NCBI GenBank assembly: GCA_951406725.2
Contig: OX597818.1
Span: 90,396,001 to 90,460,000 of the forward strand
Direction: 5' to 3'
Length of the DNA stretch: 64,000 nt
Origin: Octopus vulgaris
Taxonomy: Eukaryota
Notes under the pieces: generated by a model
Databases searched by the model: none
Seen by the model: only the letters and a program-made list of their open reading frames with translations
Told to the model about the DNA's origin: nothing
Shown: piece by piece, positions 14,414-27,744 of the stretch
Numbering within the stretch: the stretch's first letter is position 1
How the letters are laid out: the number at the start of each line of letters is the position of its first letter
Translations under genes and position numbers: made by a program

Positions 14414-15412
14414 ACATCTGATTCGGACGTATCAACACTTCCGACCCTACATTGGAGCAGCCATTGATGCTAACGTTGGACTCATTGAATAGGTTTAATA
14501 AAAAGATTCTCAAAATTATTTGCCTCAATTTATTTTCAAATACAGCTTTTTTTATGAGTGTATCTCTTTCTGAATTCACTCCGATATTAATGACTCAAGT
14601 AGAATTATTACCGAATGAAATACTTAAATTCTGCTTAACGTGGATGTGTTATAAGAGCACCGTAATACTGCAAAATTTGTGATGAGAAAGTCTCTCGTAC
14701 AGACGCTTTCTGTATAGAAGCTCAGAAATACCGTAACAGACCTGAATCGTCTAGCATCGGTGACAAAACTGCTGTATTATGCGATTTAGGCGGTTTCTTT
14801 TACGCTTTATCAACTGCAGGCATTCACTAACACCACGCTAAATAGTCGCTGTTTCTATACATAGCAGTGGAAGGGAGAATTTGCAAACATGCGAACATAG
14901 TGGATGCCTGCAACTGATGAGGAATGAAATGCGCCGAAATCCCGTGAGACAACAATTCTGTCACCGATGGCGTGGTGCCAAAGTTTCTGCAAGCTTGCTG
15001 CCTCAATGTTATTACTAAGAGAGGCTTCAAATTTTGTCACAACGCAAGCAATTTTGAGTATGTGAGGTTAGTCGATACCGTCCACCCCAGTACTCTATTT
15101 TTATCAACAGGTGCTCTGTTTCTATCGACAATGAAGAGATGAAAGTCAAAATTGATCCCGGCTGATTTTGAATTTGGAACGCAATGAGTGAATAGGAAGA
15201 AATACCACTAAGCATTTTATTCGACTCCGCCAGCTCGCACACTGTATGCATGTATATAAATATATACATGTGTATGGAGGGTGCGTCTTGGTCTTTGATC
15301 AACGGCGTTGGATTGTTTACGTCCCCATAACGCAGCGGTTCAGTAAAAGCGACGGATTAAATAAGTATCAGGCTTAAAGAAAAGTAAGCATTAGGACTGA
15401 TTGTTCGATTAA

Positions 15413-15702
15413 AGTCATTTGACTGCGACCATGCTGGAGTACCACCTTTAGTCGAGTAAATCGACCCCAGCACTTATTCTTTGTAAGCCTAGTACTTATT
15501 CTATCGGTCTATTTTGCCGAACCCACTACTAGCATCGGTTGTCAAGTGATGTTGGGGGACAAACACAGCCACACGCAATCACACACACACACATATATAC
15601 GATGGGCTTCTTTCAGTTTCCATCTACCAAATCCACTCACAAGGCTTTGGTCAGCCCGAAGCTATAGTAGAAGACACTTGTCCAAGGTGCCACGCAATGG
15701 GA

Positions 15703-15703
<1 letters not shown>
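15413..15703 (-). mobile_element. SINE family A, head-truncated
   Basis: Matches 50001-50375 in reverse. Confidence 0.8.
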
Positions 15704-15767
<64 letters not shown>

Positions 15768-15770
<3 letters not shown>

Positions 15771-16105
15771 CTGTATGAACATTTAATGTGGTTTTAAAGT
15801 CAAGTTTTGGCTGCTATTTCCAGCGTGGTAGTATCTGTTAGATACCCTAAATCATAATTTTAGTTATAATTATTACTTTTGAAGGTTTTTATTCCCATGT
15901 TGGCCACCAGATAAGATCGGTATTTAAATAACGATCTTAACCTTATTTATATAAATTTATATATTTATTTCGTCATTATATTCACTGCGGTGGTATTTTG
16001 ACCATATCGCACGAGGAGTTTTAGGCGGGCAATTTAAACTGTTCGTGTGCATACGAGCATATATATGCATGTATACGTTCGTATATGTAAGTATTCGTAT
16101 GTTGC

Positions 16106-16159
<54 letters not shown>

Positions 16160-16471
16160 ATTTATGTATTTATGTGCTATCTTAGTATATTCCACTGATG
16201 AAGGCAGAGCATTTCTTATGCAGAGCCAGAAATCCGGGATCTGGAATTATCCAGTAATTTTTTTGCTATTTTATTTTGTCCTTTTGTCTCCCCTCCTGGT
16301 GCTGTATGAACATTTAATGTGGTTTTAGAGTCAAGTTTTGACTGGTATTTCCAGCGTGTTGGTATCTCTTAGATACCCTAAATTATAATTTTAATAATAA
16401 TTATTACCTTTGAAGGTTTTTATTCTCATGCTGGCCACCAGATAAGATCAGTATTTAAGTAACGATCTTAT

Positions 16472-16477
<6 letters not shown>
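15768..16477 (+). mobile_element. Partial-tandem pLTR/retrozyme-like unit (179-bp direct repeats, 531-bp period) with internal hammerhead
   Basis: Repeats 15768-15946 and 16299-16477, about 90% identical by eye; (TA)n on both sides. Confidence 0.7.
16189..16247 (+). ncRNA. Type-I hammerhead ribozyme motif (C3-G8)
   Basis: AUUCCA CUGAUGA A GGC..GCAU/AUGC..GCC A GAAA UCCGGGA UC UGGAAU; 6-bp stem I. Confidence 0.7.
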
Positions 16478-16504
<27 letters not shown>

Positions 16505-16509
<5 letters not shown>

Positions 16510-16830
16510 AAGTTAACTTCTCGAGTCAAACCGACTCATAAGGGCTGGTTTCTCGGTTTCATAAGATATATATTCCCCTCTCCACCTGGATGGGACACCG
16601 GTCTGTCGTAGGATTACTCATGTGAAATGAAATGTTTTGCTCAAGATCCAGGAATCGAAACCATAATTTTACGATCATGAGTTCAACGTTCTAACCACTA
16701 AGCCATGCGCCGTCGCATGAAATAAAGTGTTTTGCTCAAGAACTCAATGCACTGCTTGGTTCGGGAATTGAAACCACGATCTTGTAATCGTGAATGCAAC
16801 ACTCTAACAATGAGCCACATGCCTTCACTG
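16505..16830 (-). mobile_element. Degenerate tRNA-derived SINEs (two heads)
   Basis: Two ttttgctcaaga..gaat.gaaacca..atc.tga..aac..ct.acca..agcca segments. Confidence 0.55.
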
Positions 16831-17210
16831 ACCTTACGGATACAGATATTCTTGTTTTGTTTTTCGTTTATAATTAAAAAGATCCTGTCCTATTTTAGTA
16901 TCCAGCATGCTACAGTCGTTCACATTCGGGAATATGACAACTGATGATTATAACAGATTAACACAATTGAAAAGTATAAATGTCAACGGTATATAAAACT
17001 TCAACTGTAAGCATGGGGTTGAAAGTCAGAAAAATTAAACCGTTCGTTTTATAAACTTAAATAAAAAGAGTATATGATAGAAACGAAAATGACCCCTTAT
17101 GAGAAATATGTGAGAATGATAAAGGGCGATAACAAACAAAATCTCTGTAGGTAAGCAGCACGTGTATATGTTTATATTTTTCAGCATGTGTATGTACTAT
17201 AAATTCATAG

Positions 17211-17258
<48 letters not shown>

Positions 17259-17504
17259 TTGGTGCGTGTATTTGTTTATCTTTTATTTTTATTACATTCG
17301 ATAATAATGGAAGGTAAATGTAATAGAAGAGAAGTATACCTCGGTTCAGACATATTTCTATCTCAAAACATGAGGATCATGATGAAAGATAATAACAACA
17401 AAAACAACAGCAATTTACGCGGAAGCAGAGGAAAGAATTAATAATAATAACAACGATGATGATGATGATGATGATGATGATAATAATAATAATAATAATA
17501 ATAA

Positions 17505-17746
17505 TGTTCTTCTGTCGCCTTTTTCAAGCCTGGCAAGGCTCATGGGCCCTGTTTCCCGATTTCTGTGGCGTATTTGTACCCCCCAGCTGTACGGGACGCC
17601 AGTCCATCGCAACGTTACTCAAGAAACAGGAAGAGAGAGTGAGAGAAAGTTGTGGCGAAAGAGTACACAACGCCCAGTCTGGGAATCGAAACCGCGATCC
17701 TCCGACCGCGAGTTCGCAGCCCGAACCACTGGGCCATTGCACCTCC

Positions 17747-17747
<1 letters not shown>
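17505..17747 (-). mobile_element. tRNA-derived SINE with a V-domain-like body, embedded in (AAT)n
   Basis: Head tggcccagtgg (A box) and gtttcgattccc (B box) shared with 27221; body gcgatggactggcgtcccgtacag. Confidence 0.7.
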
Positions 17748-17792
<45 letters not shown>

Positions 17793-17834
17793 TGATAATA
17801 ATAATAATAATAATAATAATGATGATGATAACAA

Positions 17835-18072
17835 CCCTTTCCATTATAGGCACAAACCCTGAAATTTGGTGGGAGAGGGCCAGTCAATTAGATCGAGTTC
17901 AGTACACAACTGATACAAATTTTACTGACACCGAAAGGATGAAAGGACCTAGGCGGAATTTGAAGTCTGAGCGTGGTGACGGGTGAAATATAACTATTTT
18001 GCCCGGCGTGTTATCGATTGTGCCAGGAGGTCGCCTTAAAAATATAATCAAATATAATAATAATTGATGATG

Positions 18073-18116
<44 letters not shown>

Positions 18117-18322
18117 CCTTTCTATTATAGGCACAAGGCCTGAAGTTTTAAGGGAGTGGACGAATCGATTACATCGACCCAGAATTTCACTGGTACTCAA
18201 TTTATCGACCCTTGAAAGGATGTAAGGCAAAGTCGACTCGGGGGAATTTGAACTCAGAACGTAGCGACGGGCAAAATACGGCTTAGCATCCCGTCCAGCG
18301 TGCTAACGGTTCTGCCAGCTTA
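17835..18322 (-). mobile_element. Two SINE family B copies separated by (AAT)n
   Basis: ggcaca..cctgaa..gaaaggatg.aagg..gaatttgaa..tgcca repeated at 17835-18037 and 18117-18322. Confidence 0.75.
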
Positions 18323-18329
18323 AAAAAAT

Positions 18330-18384
<55 letters not shown>

Positions 18385-18777
18385 TTAATAATAATAATGA
18401 TAATAATGATGATGATGATGATAAGATAATAGCAATAAACTTAATATTAAAGACGATGATGATGACGTGGGGGATGATGACGCTGTAGAGGTGGTGGTGT
18501 CGATGATGATGGTGATGATGAATTGATGAAAGTGACGACAGTGATAGTGATGGTGATGGTGATGATAATGATGACGACGATGATGATTATGGGGTGGTGG
18601 CGATAATGATGATGAGGATGATAATGATGACGATGATGAAGATGATGGGCTGGTGGTGGTGGTGGTGGTGATGGTGATAATGGTGAAGATGATGATGATG
18701 ATGATAGTGATAGTGATGACAGCAATAACAACAATAGCAATGATTACTGAAAGAAAAAATATTCATCGTGATGTTAC

Positions 18778-18919
18778 CGTTTTCTCGCACTGATCCTGTA
18801 AGATCGGCCTCGGCCTTGTCGATATGTGGTTCTGTATGTAACCCCGGATGACGTCGGTAGTAGTTCGATCGAGGATAAGCATGGTTTGATCGCGCATGTG
18901 AACTCCTTGAATTCCCCAT
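18778..18919 (-). CDS. Candidate coding exon or short ORF, paralog 1 (MGNSRSSHARSNHAYPRSNYYRRHPG...REN/G), unknown product
   Basis: Frame-preserving homology to 30791-30944 with synonymous differences; AGGATGG start context; possible donor G|GTAACA at 18778, or read-through to the stop at 18587; possible acceptor at 18937. Confidence 0.55.
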
Positions 18920-18986
18920 CCTACTTTGTAAAAACCTCTGATGGAAAGTGAGTAAGCAGAATGCTGCGATGTGAATTTGTCCGAGT

Positions 18987-19051
<65 letters not shown>

Positions 19052-19270
19052 TATGTGTGTGTATAAGTATGGTTTGAAAGAATGTCACTTACTCTATCTG
19101 TGCGTATGTGTGTGCATTAACAGGGTGCGGAGGTGGTTGAGAAATGATGCTGGTATTGGCGAACAGGTATGTCTCTGTTATGCTGTAAAAGACTATGCGT
19201 GCACAACCGCACGCACACGCAGGCGCGAGTGTGATGTATGTTTGTGTGACCGTATGCGTGTGTATGTGTA

Positions 19271-19337
<67 letters not shown>

Positions 19338-19338
19338 A

Positions 19339-19374
<36 letters not shown>

Positions 19375-20041
19375 AATGTGCTTTGAATGTGTGTATGTGT
19401 CTATTGTATATTATTCTATAATAGTGATGGCTGGTCGCATAGGTTCTTCTCAGAGTGCGTGCCTACGTGCGTATTTACTTGCCGCTGTCAGTGTTGGTAT
19501 TCATGTATATAGTATCACAGTATGCGTGTGCATGAGTGCGTATGTGTGTGCGCGCACGTATGGATGTGTGTGCGCGCATATGTTTGTGTGTGTGTGTGTG
19601 TATGTGTGTGTTGGTGTCAGCATGTTAAGTTTGCAAGTTTCTGTTTTTGAGTTGTTCATGATGCTCGTGATGTTGTTAATACTGTATATATAATTATATA
19701 AACATAATATTATATATAATTATACATACATGATATATAATTTCATTGTCGTTACTGTTATTGTAGTTGCTATGCAGCTACTGTTGTTGTTGTTGTTGTT
19801 GTTGGGTAGATTTCAATTACTTTTTTACAGACACACACACAGAGTGAAGTAAAGAGAGAGAGAGAGGGTGAGAGAGACATGTGGTGCAATAAAATTTGGC
19901 ATCAAACGGATTTCATCTCCTGCCGTACACATCGCAGAACGTGAAGGAATTTAAAGTGCTTACTAATATATGTATAAACGCAAACACATATATGCATAAT
20001 TACACACATATGCACATATACAGATAGGTACATATACAGAT

Positions 20042-20088
<47 letters not shown>

Positions 20089-20330
20089 CACATGCACAAA
20101 TACACACACACATGCATACATGTATATGTGTATATATACAGATGCACCGATATATATATATATACATACACAGACAAACATATTCAGAATGTGTGTGTAT
20201 AAATCTGCATACAGGTGCGTGTGAGAAAGAAAGAGTGAAAGAGGAATCACTGACAGACAGACAGTCAGTCCAGTCATACAGAGACAGAAAAAATGGTTTA
20301 TTATGTTAATATAAACTCATGTGCCTATAT

Positions 20331-20391
<61 letters not shown>

Positions 20392-20397
<6 letters not shown>

Positions 20398-20615
20398 GAA
20401 ATGAAGAAAATGACAAATAATTGAAGTAATTTAATAATTTAATTAGGTAGTTCTTTTTACCGGTTGCGCATTTGTTATGCTTATCAAAATATATAAGAAA
20501 GGAACTCTATCTCTCTTTTTATATTTTGATAAGCATAACAAATGCGCAATCACCTAATTAAATTACTTAAATTACTTCAATTATTTGTCAGCATTTTCTT
20601 CATTTCCTTTTTTAT
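20392..20615. mobile_element. Fold-back (inverted) element between (TA)n tracts, degenerate U3-A8 hammerhead on the minus strand
   Basis: Inverted arms of about 100 bp; minus strand UUGAUAA GCAU aacaa AUGC GCAA CCGG UA at about 20455-20490. Confidence 0.65.
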
Positions 20616-20678
20616 ATATCACCACTATCGACATCTCCTTTTTTTAAATATATATATATATATATATATATTGATATA

Positions 20679-20877
20679 CAGCACGGATTTTTGTCAGTGA
20701 ACAGGTCGCGGATTTTAGCGACGAAAATATTTTGACAAATTAAACTTAAATGTTGAAGTGAATCGAACGGCTTTTGTGTGTTTCTTAAATGGCTTATAAA
20801 CACCTTCCACGCTGCAATTGTTTTCGTTTCAGCACACGATCTCAGATCAAATTACTTGCTATGCGAGTACATCTCCG

Positions 20878-20878
<1 letters not shown>
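20679..20878 (+). mobile_element. 200-bp hammerhead-bearing element between (TA)n tracts
   Basis: Near-identical to 7577-7779 in reverse, with the same 5' (cagcacgg) and 3' (catctccg) ends. Confidence 0.8.
20690..20739 (+). ncRNA. Type-I hammerhead ribozyme motif, G3-C8 variant
   Basis: Stem I 20690-96/20733-39; core GUGAACA 20697-20703; stem II GUCGC/GCGAC; GAAA 20723-26; AUAU palindrome; UU. Confidence 0.7.
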
Positions 20879-20918
<40 letters not shown>

Positions 20919-20921
<3 letters not shown>

Positions 20922-23510
20922 GTATACCTCATCATACGTCGTTAATTGGTTCCAGGAGACACGACTTAAATCGAGAAACGACGTAACGATAATAAGCATT
21001 CTTAGTTCTGTACTTAATTTTCAATAATACATTGTTAATAAAAACCTATTTTAAGCTTACAAACAAATGATTTTTCATATTTTAATACAGTACAGTAAAA
21101 AAAAAAAGTAATCTAAATTTACGGATACAATTTGGCGGTATTTTACCGTACATCACGGACGCTTTATTTATAAATGCAGTTTGCAAGAAGACATGATAAA
21201 ATAAAAGCCTTTTCTAAGCTTAAAAAACAAATTCAGTAATTATTATTATTTTACAATAGTAAAAAAAAAAACTAAATTATTAAAAATTTACCAATGCGTA
21301 CATACAATTTGGTGGCTTACATTGCGGATGTAGATGACTGTGGATCGTCAACATCAACAGCTGACTCTGGCTGTTCTTGTTGTACGATGCGCTTAAAAAA
21401 TCGGCTGAGAGTTCCTTGAACTGCCTTCTTTTCCTCAAGGATTACACTATTAGGAGCAAAAGCTTCGTGACAAGCCACCATATCCTAGAACCTAAAAAAA
21501 ACTTTTTCGATACATACAAATGCTTCCTGGCTCAGGTTCAACTTCCTCCTCTTTATTTTGCTGCTCGTGAAGCTCCATCAAATCCTCGTTCGTCAGGAGC
21601 TGCTTGTCTTTTTCCAATAAATCTGTGAAATCCTCCTCCTCCAATTCCATTTCCAGTTCTTTGCTCGTAGTCACCAACGTTTTGATGATGGCAACACTTT
21701 CAAATCCCTTAAAATCATTCACGAATTGCTTGCATAGCTTCTTCCATACACCATTAATAGGTGTGCTCTATACATCATTCTGTGCCGCTGCTATGTTCTG
21801 TACACCTTGTAGATATCTTATCTCTTCCAAAAGTCACGAAGTGTGATGGACTCTTTAAGATCAGTTGCAGCTATTGCTTGCCACAGCGTACGCTTCATAT
21901 GATGGAAGTCTGTCGGGTTCGACAATGACGTCAGTGACGCCGGAGTTGGGAGCGGAACTCCGGATGCGCAGACGCGGCCACATGTTGGGCAAGTAGCAGT
22001 AGAAGTAGGGTTGGGGATTCCCAGGCACGGGCTGAAATGCCGCAGGCCTCAAAGGAAGTTTTCAGACTGTCTTTGTATCGCCTCAGTGGCCTTCCAGGGT
22101 TTCTTGCTCCAGAAGCCAGCTCAGAGAAGAAGATCATATTTGGTAGACGCACGTCATCCATTCGGACTACATGTCCGACACACCGGGGCTGGGTCCTCAT
22201 GATGAGGTCTTCGATCCTGGCTCTGAGAAGCACCTCAGTGTAAGAGACTCTGTCCTCCCAGGAAATTTCCATAATTCGTTGCAAGCAGCGGAGGTGGAAC
22301 TGGTCAAGTTCTCGCATTTGCTTCCTATACAGCGTCCACGTCCCACAGCCGTAGAGCAGAGAGGTGATGACGACTGCCATATAGACAACCAGCTTGGTGG
22401 AAAGTCTGATGCCTAGTTCGGCCCACACACGTGTCCACAGTCTGCCAAACGAAGCTCCTGCTTTTGCAAGCCTCATCTTTGTCCATGCTGCAATTTGAGG
22501 ACAAACAGCTTCCCAGGTATGTAAAGCTCTCTACGTTGTTCAGAGTTGTGCCCTCAATCTCAATCTGAAGCTCAGGGGGTGTCAGGCCAGGTGCAGGCTG
22601 AAGCATCACTTCAGCTTTTCGCAGGCTAATAGTTAGCCCGAAGGCTTTTGCTGCTTCTGCGAGACAGGTAGCAAGTTCTTGCAGGTCTGGTTCATTCAAT
22701 GCTGCAAGCGCACAGTCGTCTGCAAAACAGGAAGTCTCTCACTAGGGCGTCCAAGGCTTTGGTTTTTGCCTTCAGGCGTCTGAGGTCAAAGAATCGGCCG
22801 TCACATCTGTAGCGAATAGTGACACTCGCATCAAACTTTGACAGAGTGCGGAAGAGCATGGTGACAAGCATGAGGCTGAAGAGTGTGGGAGCCATCACGC
22901 AGCCTTACTTCACGCCATTGGAGACCGGGAATGGATCAGAGACATCTCCGTTTTCCACGATGCAAGCCATCATGCCATCAAACTAACAATCCAAAGAGAA
23001 AGAAGACTTTCCATTTGTTCAAAGATTTTGCCTCTTTTCTTATCCATGACAATGTCCTTCATCCCCCCCAGGCTTCAGATTTGATATATGCTAAAATCTT
23101 GTCCTTATTATGTACAATCATCGATAAACTTGTCCGACTCATTCCAAAAGATCGTGCAACTGCTACCACTTTTCACCTTTTTCATGGCGTTTTATCGTAG
23201 CCAGTTTATATTCCGGCATTATAGCATGGCGCTTAGCATTTTCACTGTGAATTTTCTTAGGAGCCATGGGAGCAAAAAAGAAAGTCATAAATGAATGAGA
23301 ATGAGAAAGAAGCCGATAAACAGACGTAAGCAAATCTGAATTCAAAACAATCGCGGGAATCACGAGTGACAATGATACCTAACAGTAGATATTGGAACTG
23401 CAGTGCAATAAGAGCTCCAAAAGACCGATAAATAAGACAACACAGCTAATTTCATGATTTCGTATACTAAGCTACACTACTTTATGGTGTGTATCTTAAC
23501 ATTTACTGTA
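20919..23510 (-). mobile_element. Decayed Tigger/pogo DNA transposon interrupted by an RTE LINE
   Basis: N-terminus MAPKK..KRHAI..EYKLATIKRHEKGEK (CENP-B-type HTH); C-terminus DFWKR..GVWKKL..NDFKGF..ELEEEDFTDLL..LTNEDLMEL; TA-CAGG left end; right end uncertain. Confidence 0.75.
21895..22982 (-). mobile_element. 5'-truncated RTE-clade LINE (RT domain to 3' end)
   Basis: GVK.GCVMAPTLF, DFLF/ADDCAL, FTYLGS, SLLYGCGTWTLY, GHVVRMDDVRLP, GRPLRRYKDSLK; several frameshifts. Confidence 0.9.
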
Positions 23511-23542
23511 CGTGTTTTAATATGATTTTAATGATTTTGATA

Positions 23543-23606
<64 letters not shown>

Positions 23607-23685
23607 TATAATATACACACATATAAATACATGTATATATATACATAGATATTACATACGTATACATAAATACATATATATATAC

Positions 23686-23723
<38 letters not shown>

Positions 23724-23749
23724 TATACACACATACATATATTACATAC

Positions 23750-23802
<53 letters not shown>

Positions 23803-23964
23803 GAATGATGAAACTAGTTTTTCGTTTTCTGAAAAAAGCAACGTTTTGGACTTACGAAACTTTTTGCATAATACACACACACGCGCGCACGCGCGCACGC
23901 GCACACGCACACATATACGTACGCATATGTATACACATATATATACACACGCATATATATACAT

Positions 23965-24258
23965 AAATTCTTTTATTCATTTACTGATTCTGTCATTTGA
24001 CTGTGGCCATGTTAGATCACCGCTTTTTTAGTCGAAGAAATTGACCCCTGGACTCATTGTTTGTAAGCCTGGTGCTTATTCTATCGGTTTTTTTTTAATG
24101 TCAAACTGCTAATTTACAGGGATGTAAACACACCGGCATCGGTTGTCAAGCGATAGTGGTGGGGGGGGCCAACACAGTCACAACCACACATAGATATATA
24201 CATATATTCGACGGGTTTCTTTCAGTTTTCGCCTAACAAATCCATTGACAAGGCACTG

Positions 24259-24260
<2 letters not shown>
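23965..24260 (-). mobile_element. SINE family A, degenerate
   Basis: gtcatttgactgtggccatg..gcatcggttgtcaagcgat..tttcagttt. Confidence 0.75.
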
Positions 24261-24309
<49 letters not shown>

Positions 24310-24612
24310 GCATGTATGTGTATATAACAGTGGATACTCTGCAATACCCCTCTCCATCTCCGCGTGCTTGTGTGTGTGTGCACGCGCGCGTGCATGCGTC
24401 TGCTTTCCTCTCTACATGTATACATATATTTACACACTCGCATACATATCTGTGTGTTTGTGTTTGTTGTATATGTTTGTACTTGTGCGCACGTGTTCAG
24501 GGGTGTATATTTGCTTACTTACCCATACAACCGTGCATATCCCTGCAGACACGAGCACGTAACACCATCACGCACGCATTCAAACACACACACAACCAAG
24601 CATGCGCGCATG

Positions 24613-24688
<76 letters not shown>

Positions 24689-24789
24689 CGCTTCTCACTA
24701 TAATTATCACAACAAACCTGCTGGCACTAACACCCCTTACACCTCCATTTACTTCAGCTTCACCCGTCGCCACCTCAGTATACATCTCT

Positions 24790-25248
24790 CCCACCTCCAC
24801 CACTATCACTTCTACCACCACCACCACCATCACGACCACCACCACCACCATCACGACCACCACCATCACGACCACCACCATCACGACGACGACCACCACC
24901 ACCACCATCCCATTAAAATCGTCACAAACGCACCATCACCACAATCTCCGTCGTCATCACCACCACCACCACTATCACCACCACCACCACCACCATCACC
25001 ACCACCACCACCATCACCACCACCACCACAATCCCATTAAAATCGTCACAATCTCCACCACCACCACCACCACCACCACCACCACCACCACCACCACACC
25101 ACCACCACCACACCACCACCACCACCACCACCACCACCACCACCACCACCACTACTACTACCATCACCACCACCACCACCACCACCACTATCACCACCAC
25201 CACCACCACCACCACCACCACCACATCACCACCACCACCACCACCACC

Positions 25249-25279
<31 letters not shown>

Positions 25280-25280
25280 C
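24790..25280. repeat. (CCA)n-type degenerate trinucleotide array
   Basis: Direct reading; a homologous shorter array lies at 33755-33800. Confidence 0.9.
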
Positions 25281-25954
25281 TGTCACTGTGACATACTCTC
25301 ATTCTACCCGTATTTCTCACCTTCTCAACAAGCTACATGGGATTTGAAAATGAGAATACATGGTAGGTGCGTTCGCTGACAGGGCAATAGTCGATAGCGT
25401 CACTCTTAGAAAACTGCTGTTGTTGTTGTTGTTGTTGCTGTGGATGGTGGTAGTAGTGATGGTGATAGTTGTGGTGGTGGTGGTTGTGGTGGTGGTGGCG
25501 GCCGTCGTCGTCATCGTTGTGGTAGAGTTGGTGGTGGTAGTGATGGCGATGGTTGTAATTAATATTCATAGTATTTTAAGTAGTCGTGTTAATTGTCAAT
25601 GTGGTGTTGATAGAGACGGCGATGTTGATGACGGTGGTGATGGAGATGTTGATTGCGGTGGTGCTGGAGGTGGTGGTGGTGGTGGTGGTGGTGGTGGAGT
25701 TGATAGTTGTGGTGTGGAAGTGTCGATGGTGGTGTTGTTGGTTGATGATGTTCTAATTGATGTTGGACGTGCTTGTGATGGCGATGTTGATGTCGGTGGT
25801 GTTGACAGTGGTGTTCGTGGTGGTGGTGATGGTTATGACTGTGGTGGTGGAGTTGATATTGGTAGTGATGGTGATGATGGTGGTGAAGGCGATGGCGGTT
25901 GTGACATCAGTGATGGTGGGGTGGTATTAATGATTGCAGTGATTGTTGTTGTTG

Positions 25955-26265
25955 GACTTATTCTTTGTAAGTCTAGTAATTATTCTATCGGTCTCTTTTG
26001 CCGAACCGCTAAGTTACGGGCACCTAAACACACCACCATCGGCTGTCAAGCGATGTTGAGGGGGAAAAACACAGACACACAAACACACACACACACACAC
26101 ATATAGGACAGACTTCTTTCAGTTTCCGTTTACCAAATCCACTCACAAGGCTTTAGTCGGTCCGAGGCTATAGTAGAAGACACTTGCCCAAGGTGCCACG
26201 CAGTGGGACTGAACCCGGAACCATGTGGTTCGTAAGCAAGCTACCTACAACGCAGCCTCTCATAC
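25955..26265 (-). mobile_element. SINE family A
   Basis: Matches 50001-50375 in reverse. Confidence 0.85.
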
Positions 26266-27220
26266 GCCTATTTGGGTATTTTAGCCAATCAGAAGCGAGT
26301 ATTTTACGCATCACTGTGGCGATAACACAGTTTCCATAGTAACCAAAGATGCTACGCATGCGCACAGGGTGTGTTATCACCAAATTGAGTGTTATCAACA
26401 AATTCAGAGTACATTGGCATCATTAAAGCGTGGATGCAAACGCTGGTGTGGGGCACATGGTTGATTCCTTGTGAATTTATGTGGAGAAGGAGATTTAAGA
26501 AAGACAATATATTTTATAAAATTCTAGAGTGTATTGCAAACTTTCGTTTTTGAATTTTTTGGCTTACAAAGGTCTGTTTTAAGCAATGTTTTGACTGTTA
26601 TTTCTAGCAACTCTAGAATGTTCTGAGTTCAAATGCTGACGTGAGTAACTTAATTTTTCAGTCTTCAGTCAATTTAAGTAAGGGTCGTTTAGACGAAGCT
26701 ATCAAGCCTCAAAATGTCTAGATTTCTTCTAATACTAAGTATCTATAATGTTCTTCAGTCGTAGAAAGGGTAGTGCAAGGAAATAAAAAAATGATATCCG
26801 TTTTTAAGTTAGGTCCCTTTAGGCTTCAAGTTCAAATCCTCCAAGATCTACCTCATTTTCCATGCTTTCGGAAGAACTTGATCGATTTTACCCCTACTCT
26901 CACCACCCACATGCGTGACTATTGTTCTTGTGTTAATAGTCGATAATTACATCGATGACATACATTAGAATCTTTCAAATATCCTTTGTTCCCAGTGTTA
27001 TGCTCCTGGATGTATGTATACATAGTACCAGGCTGGATGGGAAATAAATAGAATAACGGGTGTATCCACTAGGCTGCTGTGCTCTTGTATGTTAATGTTA
27101 GAGCGTGTTTAGATGCAGCAGTAGCCCACTGAATTTGAGCATTATTATAATTACTTCAGAATTAAAAGATTCTACCTCAATATGAATCCAGATAGGTTAT
27201 GTATGTATACATACAACATA

Positions 27221-27516
27221 GAGGAGGCGCAATGGCCCAGTGGTTAGGGCAGCGGACTCGCGGTCGTAGGATCGCGATTTCGATTCCCAGACCGGGCGTT
27301 GTGAGTGTTTATTGAGCGAAAACACCTAAAAAGCTCCACGAGGCTCCGGTAGGGGTGGTGATCCCTGCTGTACTCTTTCACCACTCTTTCTCTCTTTCTT
27401 CTGTTGGCCTGCTCGCTTAGCCAGCGGGGTGGCATCATTCGAAGGCTAAAACAATGCGAACGCATTGTGACCAGCGATGTGTAGCAACATCTGATGATCT
27501 GGTCGGTCACGTGATC
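27221..27516 (+). mobile_element. Full-length tRNA-derived SINE with 12-bp TSD
   Basis: A box tggcccagtgg, B-box-like atttcgattccc; TSD acatacaacata at 27209-27220 and 27517-27528. Confidence 0.85.
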
Positions 27517-27744
27517 ACATACAACATACAACAAGCGCCTCCGTAACTTAGCGGTTCGGCTGAAGGACCGATAGATTAAGTACTAGGCTTACAAAGTATA
27601 AGTCCTGGGGTCGTTTTATTCGACTAAAGGCGGTGCTCCATCATGGCCACAGTCATATGACTGGGACAATTAAAAGAATAGAAGAACATATATATATATA
27701 TATTTATATATATATGAGACCAAAGTGTACATACGCCGCTATAT

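Noticed and set aside
14905-14965. ctgatga gg..cc gaaa hammerhead-like words
   Set aside because: Only a 2-bp stem II; no consistent stem I or palindromic stem III
24312-26106. Long His/Thr/Pro/Gly/Val-rich ORFs (242-327 aa)
   Set aside because: Built from (CA)n, (CCA)n and (GGT)n arrays, open in several frames, with no consistent frame shared with the paralogous block at 33593-34453
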